Of a stretch of 46,666 nucleotides of DNA, positions 15,567-25,319 are shown piece after piece. Each line of letters opens with the position of its first letter. The stretch's first letter is position 1. The notes below the pieces were generated by a model. It did no database searches, was not told the DNA's origin, and saw only the letters and a program-made list of their open reading frames with translations. Origin of the DNA: Nanobdellati archaeon (GTDB taxonomy: Archaea > B1Sed10-29 > WALL01); the NCBI GenBank assembly GCA_015522845.1, contig WALL01000021.1:1-46666 (forward strand), given 5' to 3'. The position numbers and the translations under genes are program-made.

Positions 15567-16457
15567 TTAAAATGTTTTCGCAATGGAAAGCACACCCAGT
15601 GCGTAAGCAGCCGCCTGCGAGGCGCGCATCGGCTCGCTCGAGCGCGGTCCGAGGTGCACGACGGCCTTGCACTGCCTCTGTGTGGAGAGCTTCAGCCCGC
15701 GCTCCTCGTTGCCAAAGACAAGTGCCTGTGCACCGCTTTTGGAAAGCCATTTCTCGCCCTTGTCACCCCAAAGCGAAAGTGCAACAGCGTCGAGGCCAGC
15801 GATAGCATCTGCTGTGTGCTTATAAGTCATAACTTTAGTTTTTTCATGGCCCTTAATGATTGACTTGGCTTCCTCAAGTGCGTGCAGCGTGCGCAGGTCG
15901 CCCTCCATCGAGATGCGGAGTTGTGCCTTAAAGGCGATTGCCAGCCGGAGGAAGTCGGCGATTTCGTGTGGTGTCTTTGGTGACTCAAGGACAAGGACAA
16001 CAGGTGTTTTAGCTTCTGTATGGAATTGGATTGGCAGGCCAACACGGATGTAGACACCACCGCCCTTCTTGTGTGCCTCCACATATAAGGTGCGCCCGGC
16101 TGGATGCTTAATCTTTTTCTTCACACGGTCGCGCAGTGCCCGCTCGTGGAAGGGCACATCCCCAAAAAGCTTCGCCCGGATGGTAAAAGACGATAGCTTC
16201 TGCTTTCTAGCAGCATTTATAATTAGCTTTGCAGCCTCAGATAATGTTTTTGTCTGCCCCTCCATGACAATGGGGATAACTTGGGAAACGCCCTCCACTT
16301 CAAACAGCTTGCCGTCTGCCTTGCCTTCCACAATTAGCCGCCGCTGGGGGGCAAAGGGGTCTGAATGCACATGGTACTCCATCTCAGAGATGCGGCCGGC
16401 TACTTCCTTTTGTTCGCTTGGGGAAACAAAACGGGCAAGAGTAATTAGTGTTTTCAC
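15567..16457 (-). CDS. SPOUT (SpoU/TrmH-like) RNA methyltransferase with THUMP-like N-terminal region
   Basis: C-terminal VLESPKTPHEIAD..R, LVFGNEERGL and PMRASQAAAY motifs. The N-terminal SFTIRAK pattern is THUMP-like. Confidence 0.7.
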   Translation of the reverse strand: MKTLITLARFVSPSEQKEVAGRISEMEYHVHSDPFAPQRRLIVEGKADGKLFEVEGVSQVIPIVMEGQTKTLSEAAKLIINAARKQKLSSFTIRAKLFGDVPFHERALRDRVKKKIKHPAGRTLYVEAHKKGGGVYIRVGLPIQFHTEAKTPVVLVLESPKTPHEIADFLRLAIAFKAQLRISMEGDLRTLHALEEAKSIIKGHEKTKVMTYKHTADAIAGLDAVALSLWGDKGEKWLSKSGAQALVFGNEERGLKLSTQRQCKAVVHLGPRSSEPMRASQAAAYALGVLSIAKTF

Positions 16458-16507
16458 AGCTATTTCTATGCGCCATTAAAATAAAAAGGGGGGGGCTAAA
16501 AGCCCCC

Positions 16508-16717
16508 TCAAGCCAGCCGTGCCATCCTCACAAAGACACCTGCCAGGATCCCCGCCTGCATAAAGACAAAATACTGCTGCAGCACCTGCTCGATGAACCC
16601 AACGGCTGCAGACAGCACCACGGCGTATTTCGTGAGGCCTGTTGAATATGCCCCCAAGGCAAAGCCAAGCACGAAGAGCCAGTATTTCCAGCCTTGCACT
16701 ATGAGGGCTGAAGCCAT
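16508..16717 (-). CDS. Small membrane protein (possibly a remnant)
   Basis: Hydrophobic 69-aa ORF followed by a hairpin/T-tract on the minus strand. No clear promoter or start context. Confidence 0.4.
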   Translation of the reverse strand: MASALIVQGWKYWLFVLGFALGAYSTGLTKYAVVLSAAVGFIEQVLQQYFVFMQAGILAGVFVRMARLA

Positions 16718-16938
16718 AAAAGCCAGCCAGTCATTCCAACCACCCCCGCAAATCGGAATGAGCCAAGCTTTCGAACACCTCGCTCGATGCCTTACTCACT
16801 AGGCACTTTTATCTTGTGTAAGCATATAGATTAAATTATCGATAAAAAAGTATACATTGTGTTAATCTAATTTGTTAGGATAGAATATATGTAAACTTTA
16901 TATATAAATATCTTTATAATATTTTTACGGGTGTCATT

Positions 16939-17406
16939 ATGCGCAAGCTTAGCAAATCCGAGAAAAAGGTCTTGGAAAGCCTAATGGCAGATGGGAGGCG
17001 GCCTCTTTCCAAGATAGCCAAAGACAATAAGCTGACAAGGCAGACTGTCCACAATGTTGTTAGGAGGCTTTATGACTCCGGCATCATCCAAAAGTTTAGC
17101 CTGAGGGTTGACATGGAAAAAGTGGGGCTGGACATAAAGGTCTACAGCCTGATATCGCTGAAGAAGAGGGACAACATCCGCAAGGTTGAGAAGACACTTA
17201 GCTATATGAAGGAGATATCCCAGATCCACCGCATCCTTGGCCATCAAGACTACATACTTGAGATAAGCGTGCCGAGCAGGTCAGCGCTGACCAAGCTGTT
17301 TGAGAGGATTGGGGAGATCCCTGACATTGAAAAGATGGAAACCATGCTGGTATTCCAGACAGTCAAGTATGCGCCAAATGACCCTGTTAGAAAGCTGCTT
17401 AGCTAA
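16939..17406 (+). CDS. Lrp/AsnC-family transcriptional regulator
   Basis: L..DGRRPLSKIA...LTRQTV..RL...GII HTH plus a RAM domain (G..DY.L). AT-rich upstream region. Confidence 0.92.
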   Translation: MRKLSKSEKKVLESLMADGRRPLSKIAKDNKLTRQTVHNVVRRLYDSGIIQKFSLRVDMEKVGLDIKVYSLISLKKRDNIRKVEKTLSYMKEISQIHRILGHQDYILEISVPSRSALTKLFERIGEIPDIEKMETMLVFQTVKYAPNDPVRKLLS

Positions 17407-18541
17407 GCGGGTATATGACAAGCCCGCTTAGCAGCTTTGGGTCGAACCACGTTGATTTTGGGGGCATGTCCATTCCCTTGTCTGCAATCTCCTCTATCTC
17501 TCCAGTTGTTGTAGGATAAAGGCTAAAGACAAGTGCATTTCCCATTTCAGTGACATAGCTCTCCAGATCCTCTTTTCCCATCTCGCCACCAATGAAGAAT
17601 ATGTTAGGGTCAGTCCGTGGATTGGCTATCCCAAGCACAGGCGACAGCAGCTTGTCCTGTAACATGGCAACGTCCAGCTTCCCGATGGGGCCTTTTCCCG
17701 CTTCGCGTGGGACAAGCTTGTACCATTTCCCATTGAACATGCATATCTCCCCCCTCTGCGGGCTTGAGCCCCCCTCAGTCACTTCAAAGTGCTCTGAAAC
17801 CTTTTTAAGGAAGCCATCAAAGCCCATCGGCAGCTTCCGTATGACTCGGTTGTAGGGCAGCACCCGGACCTCGTCGTCGTTGGCCATGTATGCCATCACA
17901 TAGTCCCACGGGCCATGCTCATTTTTTGTTTTCATATACTCATAGGCCGATGCAATGCGATGGTGTCCATCTGCAATATAAAGCTCATTCCCGCCGGCTA
18001 TCTTGATTATTTCCCTTTCGGTTTCTGGGGGGATTTTCCACATCTTATTTTCCCACCCATATTTGCTAAAGCTAAACAGCGGCTTGCCTTTTTCAACTTC
18101 ACTAAGCAATCCCTTTAGCCGGCTGTTTGACCTTATCATTAGCCAAACAAGCCCGCAGTCTGCTTTTGTTGCAGTGATGTGGGCAATCCTGTCACGGAGC
18201 GGCTTTTCCCGTGTTTTCTCATGGCGCTTTATATTGCCCCTAGCATAATCCTTGAGGCTAAACCCGCCTATCACACCCCGCTGGCGGAAGCTGCCGCGGC
18301 TTTGGCTGTATAAGTAAAGTGCTGGCCCCTCCATACTAAGCACCCCACTGGAAAGGTATTTTTGGAGCGTTTCCCTTGCCTTTTGGTAGTCCCCACCTTC
18401 TGGCAGGAGTATATGTATCATGCTTTTTGGCAGCTCCCTAAGCTTTGCTAGCTCACTGCTGGAGATAACATCATAGGGGTTTGTTGTGAATTCTGCTGGG
18501 TTAGACGGCAAGGCTGCGCGTATTGGCACCAACTTAACCAT
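17399..18541 (-). CDS. DUF1015-family protein (ParB/Srx-like fold)
   Basis: PYDVI, IKRHEKT, YIADGHHR and MPPKSTWFDPKLLSGL motifs. Confidence 0.9.
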   Translation of the reverse strand: MVKLVPIRAALPSNPAEFTTNPYDVISSSELAKLRELPKSMIHILLPEGGDYQKARETLQKYLSSGVLSMEGPALYLYSQSRGSFRQRGVIGGFSLKDYARGNIKRHEKTREKPLRDRIAHITATKADCGLVWLMIRSNSRLKGLLSEVEKGKPLFSFSKYGWENKMWKIPPETEREIIKIAGGNELYIADGHHRIASAYEYMKTKNEHGPWDYVMAYMANDDEVRVLPYNRVIRKLPMGFDGFLKKVSEHFEVTEGGSSPQRGEICMFNGKWYKLVPREAGKGPIGKLDVAMLQDKLLSPVLGIANPRTDPNIFFIGGEMGKEDLESYVTEMGNALVFSLYPTTTGEIEEIADKGMDMPPKSTWFDPKLLSGLVIYPLS

Positions 18542-18551
18542 TTGCAGCACC

Positions 18552-18998
18552 TTATCTTATCAGCTGGGAGATTATGTCATCTGCAAAGAGCAGCCCAGCA
18601 AGCTTCCCGTTTTCCATGACAGGCAGCACGCCTGCCTTTGCCATATACATCTTTTTTGAGGCGCTACGCAGCGTGTCGTCAGGCGATAGGAATGCATTGT
18701 GCTTGCGCATAACATCCTTCACGCTTTTTGGGAAGAAGCTCATCCCAAGCAGTGGCTCCATAACTATCTGCTGTGTTGACATATCGCGTGGGTCAATGAC
18801 TATCTTAAGCAGGTCCTCTTCAAAGACTTCGCCGAGGTAATTCCCACCATCCATCACAGGGAGCATGCTAAGCTCGTGGGAGCTGAGCCACCGTATTGCT
18901 GTTGCTACAGAGTCAGTTGGCTTAAGCTTTTTAATTTTCTTTTTTCTCATAATGTCTTTTACTAGTGTATTCCGAATTTCTTCCATGTCTACCGCCAT
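18552..18998 (-). CDS. CBS-domain pair protein
   Basis: Two VKDxM..LxPxD...LPV.D/E.G..G repeats. The ATG at 18998 overlaps the antiporter stop codon. Confidence 0.88.
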   Translation of the reverse strand: MAVDMEEIRNTLVKDIMRKKKIKKLKPTDSVATAIRWLSSHELSMLPVMDGGNYLGEVFEEDLLKIVIDPRDMSTQQIVMEPLLGMSFFPKSVKDVMRKHNAFLSPDDTLRSASKKMYMAKAGVLPVMENGKLAGLLFADDIISQLIR

Positions 18999-20170
18999 TA
19001 GGTTCCCTCCTTTTTTATGAATATCTTTAGTAGGATTGCTGTGATGATTGCCCCAAGCAGGACAATCAGCATAGTTGTTGAGAACATTAGGTTCCCAATT
19101 TTTGGCGTTACTATAAGCGAGCCGGATGCGCCCACCATAGTCGTGGCAATCGAGACAAGTATTAGGTTTATGTCGCCGCGCGGGAGCATGCTTATGCTCA
19201 TAAGCAGGCAATCATCCTTGGAAAAGTGGTTCAGCTTCCCGGAGAAATAAGCCGCGAGGGCGTTTGCAATTAGCACGGCGCCAACAACAACAAAAGAAAC
19301 CAGCTCGAGTGAGCTAAGGTTCAGCAGCAGGCCTGTCCAAACAAAGAACAGGGGCACAAAGATTGCATATGAAATGCTGGATATCTTCTCTATGAAATTA
19401 GTCCCCGCAATTGGCGAGCGCGCAAGCACGGCGCCAGCAAGGAAAGCCCCAATTATGCCGTGCATGCCAAATACTTCTGCCAGCCATGCAACCAGTATCA
19501 TGAAGATAAATGCGAAGCTAAACTCCGCTTGCTCCACCGTTAGGTGCTCAATGCTATCAATTAGCATTGGGATGAAGCGCTGTATGAGCAGGAACACCAG
19601 GAGGAAAATGATTATTGAGACAACCACCGACCCAAGCTCAAAGAAGTCAAGGTGCCCAACTGACAGGTAAGTCATGATTGCTGTGAAGATGATTAGCCCG
19701 GTTGTCCCGTCCATCACTGTTACGCCAAGCATTGTCTTGCCAGCACGGGTGCCAAGCTTGCCAACGCTGTTAATGCTCTTTAGTGTTATGCCGGAGTCTG
19801 TTGCAGCCATTATCATACCAAGCAAGAGCGCTTGGTTCATGGTAAAGCCAAAGCCCAGGGCAACTGCCATCGCGGCCCCGTAAGGCACGAAATACCCAAT
19901 CCACGAGACACTTGCAATTGCCTTGATGTTGTGCAGCAGCTCCTCTATGTTCCCCTGCTCAAACCCAGTTACAAAAAGCATAAGGATTATCCCAAGCTGG
20001 GCAAATGCTGAGACGTCATCCGCAGTGCTTATCCCAAGGAACATTGGGCCTGCGATTACCCCTGCAAATATGTACCCAATCACGCTTGGCAGCCCTATGC
20101 GCTCGGCTAGTTCCCCAAGCAGCTTCGCCCCCACCAGGAGCACAACAAGGCCAATGATGATTTCTGCCAT
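18998..20170 (-). CDS. Cation:proton antiporter (CPA2/NapA/Kef type)
   Basis: GLPSVIGYIFAGVIAGP, GIILMLFVTGFE, IIGAFLAG, FVPLFFV..G and MLPRG motifs. About 12 TM helices. Confidence 0.92.
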   Translation of the reverse strand: MAEIIIGLVVLLVGAKLLGELAERIGLPSVIGYIFAGVIAGPMFLGISTADDVSAFAQLGIILMLFVTGFEQGNIEELLHNIKAIASVSWIGYFVPYGAAMAVALGFGFTMNQALLLGMIMAATDSGITLKSINSVGKLGTRAGKTMLGVTVMDGTTGLIIFTAIMTYLSVGHLDFFELGSVVVSIIIFLLVFLLIQRFIPMLIDSIEHLTVEQAEFSFAFIFMILVAWLAEVFGMHGIIGAFLAGAVLARSPIAGTNFIEKISSISYAIFVPLFFVWTGLLLNLSSLELVSFVVVGAVLIANALAAYFSGKLNHFSKDDCLLMSISMLPRGDINLILVSIATTMVGASGSLIVTPKIGNLMFSTTMLIVLLGAIITAILLKIFIKKEGT

Positions 20171-20204
20171 TGCAGTGGAAAGAGGATAAGGGGATTTTTA
20201 AAGG

Positions 20205-20809
20205 TTAGTCTTTGCTCCAGAAATTGCCCAGGAGGGGGAACAATGCAAGGAGGGAGAGCGGCAATACCACCATCCAGTCCCCTATCCCCAGCGGTGCCGT
20301 CTTGAGTAACCGTTGCAATACGGGCACGTATATGACCGCAAGCTGAAGTACAAGGCTAAGCCCGACCGATGCCAGGAGTGCCCTGTTTTTGAACATGCCG
20401 TTGAAGACGGACTGGCGGGGCGACCGGCAGTTGTAGACGAAAAAAAGCTCGAAGAGAACTGCGGTGGTGAATGCCATTGTGCGGGCTTTTTCGACACAGC
20501 TCCCCAATCCAACAACAAACGCGACGGAGGTGGCGGCAGCTGCAATTGCCCCGGCCATGATTATCTGGTCGCTTATCCCGTGGAATATGTGCTCATCCCT
20601 TCGGCGCGGCTTCTGTTCCATCACAGACGGATTAGGCGGGTCAAGCCCGAGGGCAAGTGTGGGGAACCCGCCGGTAACCAAGTTAATCCAGAGTATCTGG
20701 GCGGGCAGGAACGGCAGGGCATCCTCATCAATGCCGCCCCGCCAACAACAATTATCTCATCGAAATTAGGTGCCAAAAGGCCTCTGGGAAAAGTAGCGCA
20801 TTCACGCAA
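20205..20809 (-). pseudogene. Truncated, frameshifted C-terminal remnant of a Ca2+-type (P2A) P-type ATPase
   Basis: LLAPNFDEII../frameshift/LPFLPAQILWINLVTGGFPTLALGLDPP..VM..KPR..ARTMAF..YNCRS. The catalytic domains are absent and the conserved VTD reads VTG. Confidence 0.85.
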
Positions 20810-20853
20810 TTAAACCCAACACATATATATTAGAGTAGCCCGTTAATCTGTTT

Positions 20854-21786
20854 GTGATCGGGCAATTTGTTGTATTTATTATAAGCTTGCTTGTGGTTGT
20901 CTTCTTCAGCAATATAGTAATCCGCGCCGTCATGAAACTCGCGGAGTACCTGAAGATAGCGGAGTTTGCAATCGGCTTCGTGGTAATTTCCATTTTCACC
21001 AGCCTGCCTGAGTTTATTATCTCGACAACAGCTGCCTATTCAGGCGAGCCGGGGATAGCTGTTGGGAATGTGCTTGGCTCAAACATAACTAACATACTGC
21101 TTGTGCTTGGCCTTGCAATTGTTTTGCGCGGCGTGGTTGTCCGCAGGAAGGAGCTTGAGGAGAACTCTGAGATACTTCTGTTAATAACCCTTGCACCGCT
21201 TATTTTCTTCCTGAGGGGGACGCTTGGCTTCTTTGAGGGCTTGTTGCTGGTGCTCCTGTTTGCAATTTACGTATTCTTTGTCATTAAGCGCGATTATAGG
21301 TTCGAATTCCCTGACCATGTCCTTGCAAAGGATTGGATAGCAACCAACCTGCAATTTTGGTTTGGCATGGTGGTTGTGATAGTGTCGGCAAGGTTTGTCA
21401 TCAGCTCTGCAGCAGCGCTGGCAGCCATGCTTTCATTGCCTGAGTCGGCCATAGGCGTTACCATAGTTGCATTTGGCACATCGCTGCCGGAGCTTGCGAT
21501 AGCAGTTGGTGCTGTTAAGAAAGGCCATACAGGCCTTGCACTTGGGGAAGTGCTTGGGAGCAACGTCGTAAATTTAACGCTGGTGCTTGGCGCTGCGGCA
21601 ATCATTCATCCGCTTAGTGCAGACTACAGCACCTTTGCGTCAACAATTGCATTTCTTGTGGCCATATGCATACTGCTGTGGTACCTTCTTGTAAAGCACA
21701 ACCGGCTTAGCCGCCGCCATGGCATGCTGTTTGTGTTGCTTTACATACTATTCATAATGTCAGAGATGCTTATCCAAGCAGTCTAA
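20854..21786 (+). CDS. Na+/Ca2+ exchanger (CaCA, YrbG/NCX_Mj-like)
   Basis: Two alpha repeats: TSLPE..GNVLGSN and GTSLPE..GEVLGSN. Confidence 0.93.
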   Translation: MIGQFVVFIISLLVVVFFSNIVIRAVMKLAEYLKIAEFAIGFVVISIFTSLPEFIISTTAAYSGEPGIAVGNVLGSNITNILLVLGLAIVLRGVVVRRKELEENSEILLLITLAPLIFFLRGTLGFFEGLLLVLLFAIYVFFVIKRDYRFEFPDHVLAKDWIATNLQFWFGMVVVIVSARFVISSAAALAAMLSLPESAIGVTIVAFGTSLPELAIAVGAVKKGHTGLALGEVLGSNVVNLTLVLGAAAIIHPLSADYSTFASTIAFLVAICILLWYLLVKHNRLSRRHGMLFVLLYILFIMSEMLIQAV

Positions 21787-21938
21787 AAAAACCGGTAAAC
21801 CCGCTCCGCGCGGGCGATTGAGTCTTTTGTTAGCTCAATGAAATCGTGATATTCCCGTGTGGATATCTTTCCCTTCTTCCATTTCATATGCATATCCTTT
21901 AGGTTATGCACCGTCTCCGGATTCGTAAGCAGCCGCAT
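21783..21938 (-). CDS. Small hypothetical protein, 51 aa (MRLLTNPETVHNLKDMHMKWKKGKISTREYHDFIELTKDSIARAERVYRFF)
   Basis: ORF below the track cutoff, with TTTATAAA 22 bp upstream. The 'GKIS.REY' pattern is SHOCT-like. Confidence 0.6.
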   Translation of the reverse strand: MRLLTNPETVHNLKDMHMKWKKGKISTREYHDFIELTKDSIARAERVYRFF

Positions 21939-21985
21939 AAGCCCAGCTATGCAAGCTTAGTTTATAAAGGTAGCCCCACCAGCCA

Positions 21986-22246
21986 TTATTTCTTCTCAGC
22001 AGCCGCGGCTTCTGGCGCTTCTGGCTTGCCTGCAGTTATGTCTATGACTCTCTGCTGCCCATCGGGGGTGAAATAAATTACATGCACTACCCCAAACGCC
22101 TTTCCACCATCTACCCACTGCTGCAGTGATGCCAGCGATGCAGTATCCTTAACGCTAACTCCCCCCTCAAATATTATCTCTGCCACCTTAAAGCTATTAT
22201 CTTTTAGCATGCGATAAGTGGTCTTAACCTCATCTTCCATAGTCAT
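21986..22246 (-). CDS. Hypothetical protein
   Basis: 86-aa ORF with TATA (TTTAAATA) upstream on the minus strand. Confidence 0.6.
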   Translation of the reverse strand: MTMEDEVKTTYRMLKDNSFKVAEIIFEGGVSVKDTASLASLQQWVDGGKAFGVVHVIYFTPDGQQRVIDITAGKPEAPEAAAAEKK

Positions 22247-22289
22247 GCGAACACCCTTAGTTACAAAATCAGTTGTTATTTAAAAAGCT

Positions 22290-23015
22290 TTAGTGGCCGC
22301 GCGGCTTTAAGCCCCTCACAATCTTTGATGCTTTTCCAATTAGGTTATTGCTAACTTTTCCCCACTGCTTTCCCCACTCCATAACATTGATTGCCTGCTG
22401 TGTGAGGTTGCTAACGCCATTTGCAGTGCCTCCCCTAGCTATCCCCGTGGCCTTCATCGCTGTCGATTCCCTTAAGGCTGCCCCATTCAGCCTACTTACC
22501 AGCCTCCCGGTTATGGGCGACTTGCTGGCAGTGCGCACTACCATTTCCTCCGTACGGGTGGCAACTGCCTCCATCCTAAAGGTGCGGGTTATAACTGCAA
22601 GCCCGCCAAAGAATGGCAGCAGCTCGCTAAGGAGTATCAGCCCGTCAATGCCATCTGCATGTATGTGGCTTCCCTTTGCGAAGTCTATAGACCTTTGCAT
22701 CAAGTAGGCATAGCCTGATGCGGCCATGGTTATCCCACTGACATCCATAAGGATTGCATCGTGCTGCACATAGGCAATTGCTGCAAGTATGGCCCCATAA
22801 ACTGCAAGCACGGTCATTGCTTTGTATGGCTCATATGGCGACTCGGCAAGGAAAGTTATTATGCTTTTTGGCTTTGTAAGCACTGAAAGTGAGCCAACCA
22901 CAAGCTCAAAGACCTTCAGCGCAAACATCAGCGGGTGCCGGATTGCCCAAGCGCTTTCCCTAAAGAATTCTATTACAGAGAGCCACCAGCCGAGGAGCAT
23001 ATGCCTTATGCGCAT
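22290..23015 (-). CDS. Hypothetical membrane protein
   Basis: 241-aa ORF with hydrophobic N-terminal helices and a basic amphipathic C-terminus. Confidence 0.6.
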   Translation of the reverse strand: MRIRHMLLGWWLSVIEFFRESAWAIRHPLMFALKVFELVVGSLSVLTKPKSIITFLAESPYEPYKAMTVLAVYGAILAAIAYVQHDAILMDVSGITMAASGYAYLMQRSIDFAKGSHIHADGIDGLILLSELLPFFGGLAVITRTFRMEAVATRTEEMVVRTASKSPITGRLVSRLNGAALRESTAMKATGIARGGTANGVSNLTQQAINVMEWGKQWGKVSNNLIGKASKIVRGLKPRGH

Positions 23016-23069
23016 ATAATAATTATTGCAGGGGAAGTTTATAAAAGCTTCCCTTCTTATTATTGCCCC

Positions 23070-23441
23070 ATGGAAATGGTTTCAACATCTAAGGCACCGG
23101 CTGCGGTTGGCCCATATTCGCAGGCCATTGTGGCCAGTGGATTTGTTTTTACAGCGGGGCAGATTGCGCTTCGGCCAGATGGCACGCTTGTTGGGGGCGG
23201 CATCGCCGCACAGACAGAGCAGGTGATAAGGAATTTGGCTGCAGTGCTTGGGGCTGCTGGCTCATCGCTTGCCAAAGCCGTAAAGGTAACAGTTTACCTT
23301 GCAGACATTGGTGACTTTGCAGCAATGAACAAGGTGTATTCCAAATACTTCACCGCCAAGCCTGCGCGCTCCACGGTTGCAGTGAAGGCGCTGCCGAGGG
23401 GTGCCCTTGTTGAAATTGATGCAGTTGCGGTGGTGGGATGA
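23070..23441 (+). CDS. ridA: RidA/YjgF enamine-imine deaminase
   Basis: APAAVGPYSQA, AGQI, KVTVYL, PARSTVAV..LP..LVEID motifs. Confidence 0.93.
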   Translation: MEMVSTSKAPAAVGPYSQAIVASGFVFTAGQIALRPDGTLVGGGIAAQTEQVIRNLAAVLGAAGSSLAKAVKVTVYLADIGDFAAMNKVYSKYFTAKPARSTVAVKALPRGALVEIDAVAVVG

Positions 23442-24838
23442 GGATATTCAACACGATGGGCAGGAAGCTCCAGGAGTTTATTCCAGTGCACAAGGGGGAG
23501 GTGCGCATCTACTCGTGCGGCCCTACAGTGTATGCAATGCCGCACATAGGTAACTTCAGGACGTTCTTCCTCACCGACATAATCCACCGCTACTTTGAGT
23601 ATAAGGGATACAAGGTCACACTTGTCATGAACATTACTGACATCGATGACAAAACCATCCGTGGCTCCGAGGCGGCGGGCATGACGCTGAAGGAGTTCAC
23701 CGACAAGTACACGAAGGTGTTCTTCGACGGCCTCGACGCGCTGAACATACTCCGCGCAGACCATTACCCGCGTGCCACCGAGACGGTGCCGGAAATGCTT
23801 GATATTATCCAGCACCTGCTTGAGAATGGAGTTGCATACATAGCGAATGGCTCTGTCTATTTCTCCATACACAAGTTCCCAGCCTATGGCAAGCTTTCTG
23901 GGATGGACTTGGATGCCTTAGACCACGGGCACCGCGTTGACAGCGACGAGTACGAGAAGGATGCCCCCGGTGACTTTGCACTCTGGAAGGCGGCTACGCC
24001 AGACGAGCTCAGGCGCGGCATATTCTTTGAGGCGCCATGGGGCAAGGGCCGGCCGGGATGGCACATCGAGTGCTCGGCGATGGGCCCAAAATACCTTGGC
24101 TCTCCCCTGGACATCCATATTGGGGGGGTTGACCTGATATTCCCGCACCACGAGAATGAGATTGCACAGTTCGAGGCAGCTTATGGCAAGAAGTTTGTAA
24201 ACTATTGGGTGCATGGCGAGCACCTTGTAGTTAATGGCAGGAAGATGAGCAAGTCAAAGGGCAACTATTTCACGCTAAACGACCTGCTGAAGAAATACAC
24301 TTACAACGAAATACGCTACCTATTCCTCTCGACACATTACCGCGACAAGCTTAACTATACTGAAAAGGCGATGCAGAATGCTGCAAAGGGCGCGGCAAAG
24401 CTAGAGCTAGCGCTGCAGAACTTGGATTTCTTCATTGCAAATGCAAAAGAGGGGGAAAGCGACAGCGGCTTCCTAGCAACTGCCAAGCAGCGGAGGAGGG
24501 AATTTGAGGAGGCAATGGACGGCGACTTCAATACCCCCAAGGCCCTTCGTGTTATCCATGAGCTTGTTTCAGATATTTACAAGTATGCTGGCAAGGAAAA
24601 GGGAACCCTGGAAACGGCCCGCAGTACCCTCCTGCTGATGCTCCATACCTTCGGGCTCTTTGAGAAGGAGGGTGAAAGCTCACAGCTGCCAGCGGAGCTT
24701 ATTAAGGAGATCCATGAGCGCGAAGCAGCAAGGGCAGCTAAGGACTGGGCGAAAGCGGACGCTATCCGCAGCAAACTAAAAGAAAAAGGGATACTCCTTG
24801 ATGACTTCCCTGAAGGAACACGCTGGAGAAGGGCTTAG
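23438..24838 (+). CDS. cysS: Cysteinyl-tRNA synthetase
   Basis: CGPTVY, HIGN, DFALWK, GRPGWHIECSAM, FPHHENE and KMSKS motifs, plus the anticodon-binding tail. Confidence 0.97.
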   Translation: MRIFNTMGRKLQEFIPVHKGEVRIYSCGPTVYAMPHIGNFRTFFLTDIIHRYFEYKGYKVTLVMNITDIDDKTIRGSEAAGMTLKEFTDKYTKVFFDGLDALNILRADHYPRATETVPEMLDIIQHLLENGVAYIANGSVYFSIHKFPAYGKLSGMDLDALDHGHRVDSDEYEKDAPGDFALWKAATPDELRRGIFFEAPWGKGRPGWHIECSAMGPKYLGSPLDIHIGGVDLIFPHHENEIAQFEAAYGKKFVNYWVHGEHLVVNGRKMSKSKGNYFTLNDLLKKYTYNEIRYLFLSTHYRDKLNYTEKAMQNAAKGAAKLELALQNLDFFIANAKEGESDSGFLATAKQRRREFEEAMDGDFNTPKALRVIHELVSDIYKYAGKEKGTLETARSTLLLMLHTFGLFEKEGESSQLPAELIKEIHEREAARAAKDWAKADAIRSKLKEKGILLDDFPEGTRWRRA

Positions 24839-24841
24839 TGC

Positions 24842-25006
24842 CTATTGGATTGCAGATACTGGGCATGCCTTTTTTGCTGCTTCAACGCAGTCTGCATTCC
24901 CGTCCTTGACGTGCGACTTGCCGTTGCTTCCCATCTCAAACCCTGCTGGGCAGATGCTAACGCAAGCGCCGCAGCCAATGCATAAGTTCTCATTTACCTT
25001 AACCAT
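24842..25006 (-). CDS. Small single-cluster ferredoxin, 54 aa
   Basis: MVKVNENLCIGCGACVSICPAGF...DCVEAAKKACPVSAIQ. Missed by the ORF track. Confidence 0.92.
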   Translation of the reverse strand: MVKVNENLCIGCGACVSICPAGFEMGSNGKSHVKDGNADCVEAAKKACPVSAIQ

Positions 25007-25042
25007 AAAAGCACCTGTTGTTGGATTTACTTATTCCCCTTT

Positions 25043-25249
25043 TTATTCTTTATCCCTGATTGCTACATTGATACGCCTAACCGTTTCCTCAGGGTCAAGG
25101 CCGTGTGCAAGGCATCCCTGCTCCAATGTCTCGAATTGGGCGGCAATGCATCCGATGCAGTGCATTCCCATCTCCAGGAGTAATGGAATGCTCTCAGGAT
25201 ATCTTTCAGCAAGCTCTGTTATGCTAATCTCCTTCGTTATGGATGCCAT
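25043..25249 (-). CDS. DUF1858-domain protein
   Basis: IT.E.SI.E...YPE....GMHCIGC.AA.FETLEQG..AHG signature. Confidence 0.9.
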   Translation of the reverse strand: MASITKEISITELAERYPESIPLLLEMGMHCIGCIAAQFETLEQGCLAHGLDPEETVRRINVAIRDKE

Positions 25250-25319
25250 ATTGGCGTTCTAATAATGGCACTATTTAAGGGTTAGTATTAAATATGCCAC
25301 TAGCTTAATTTTTCCAACG

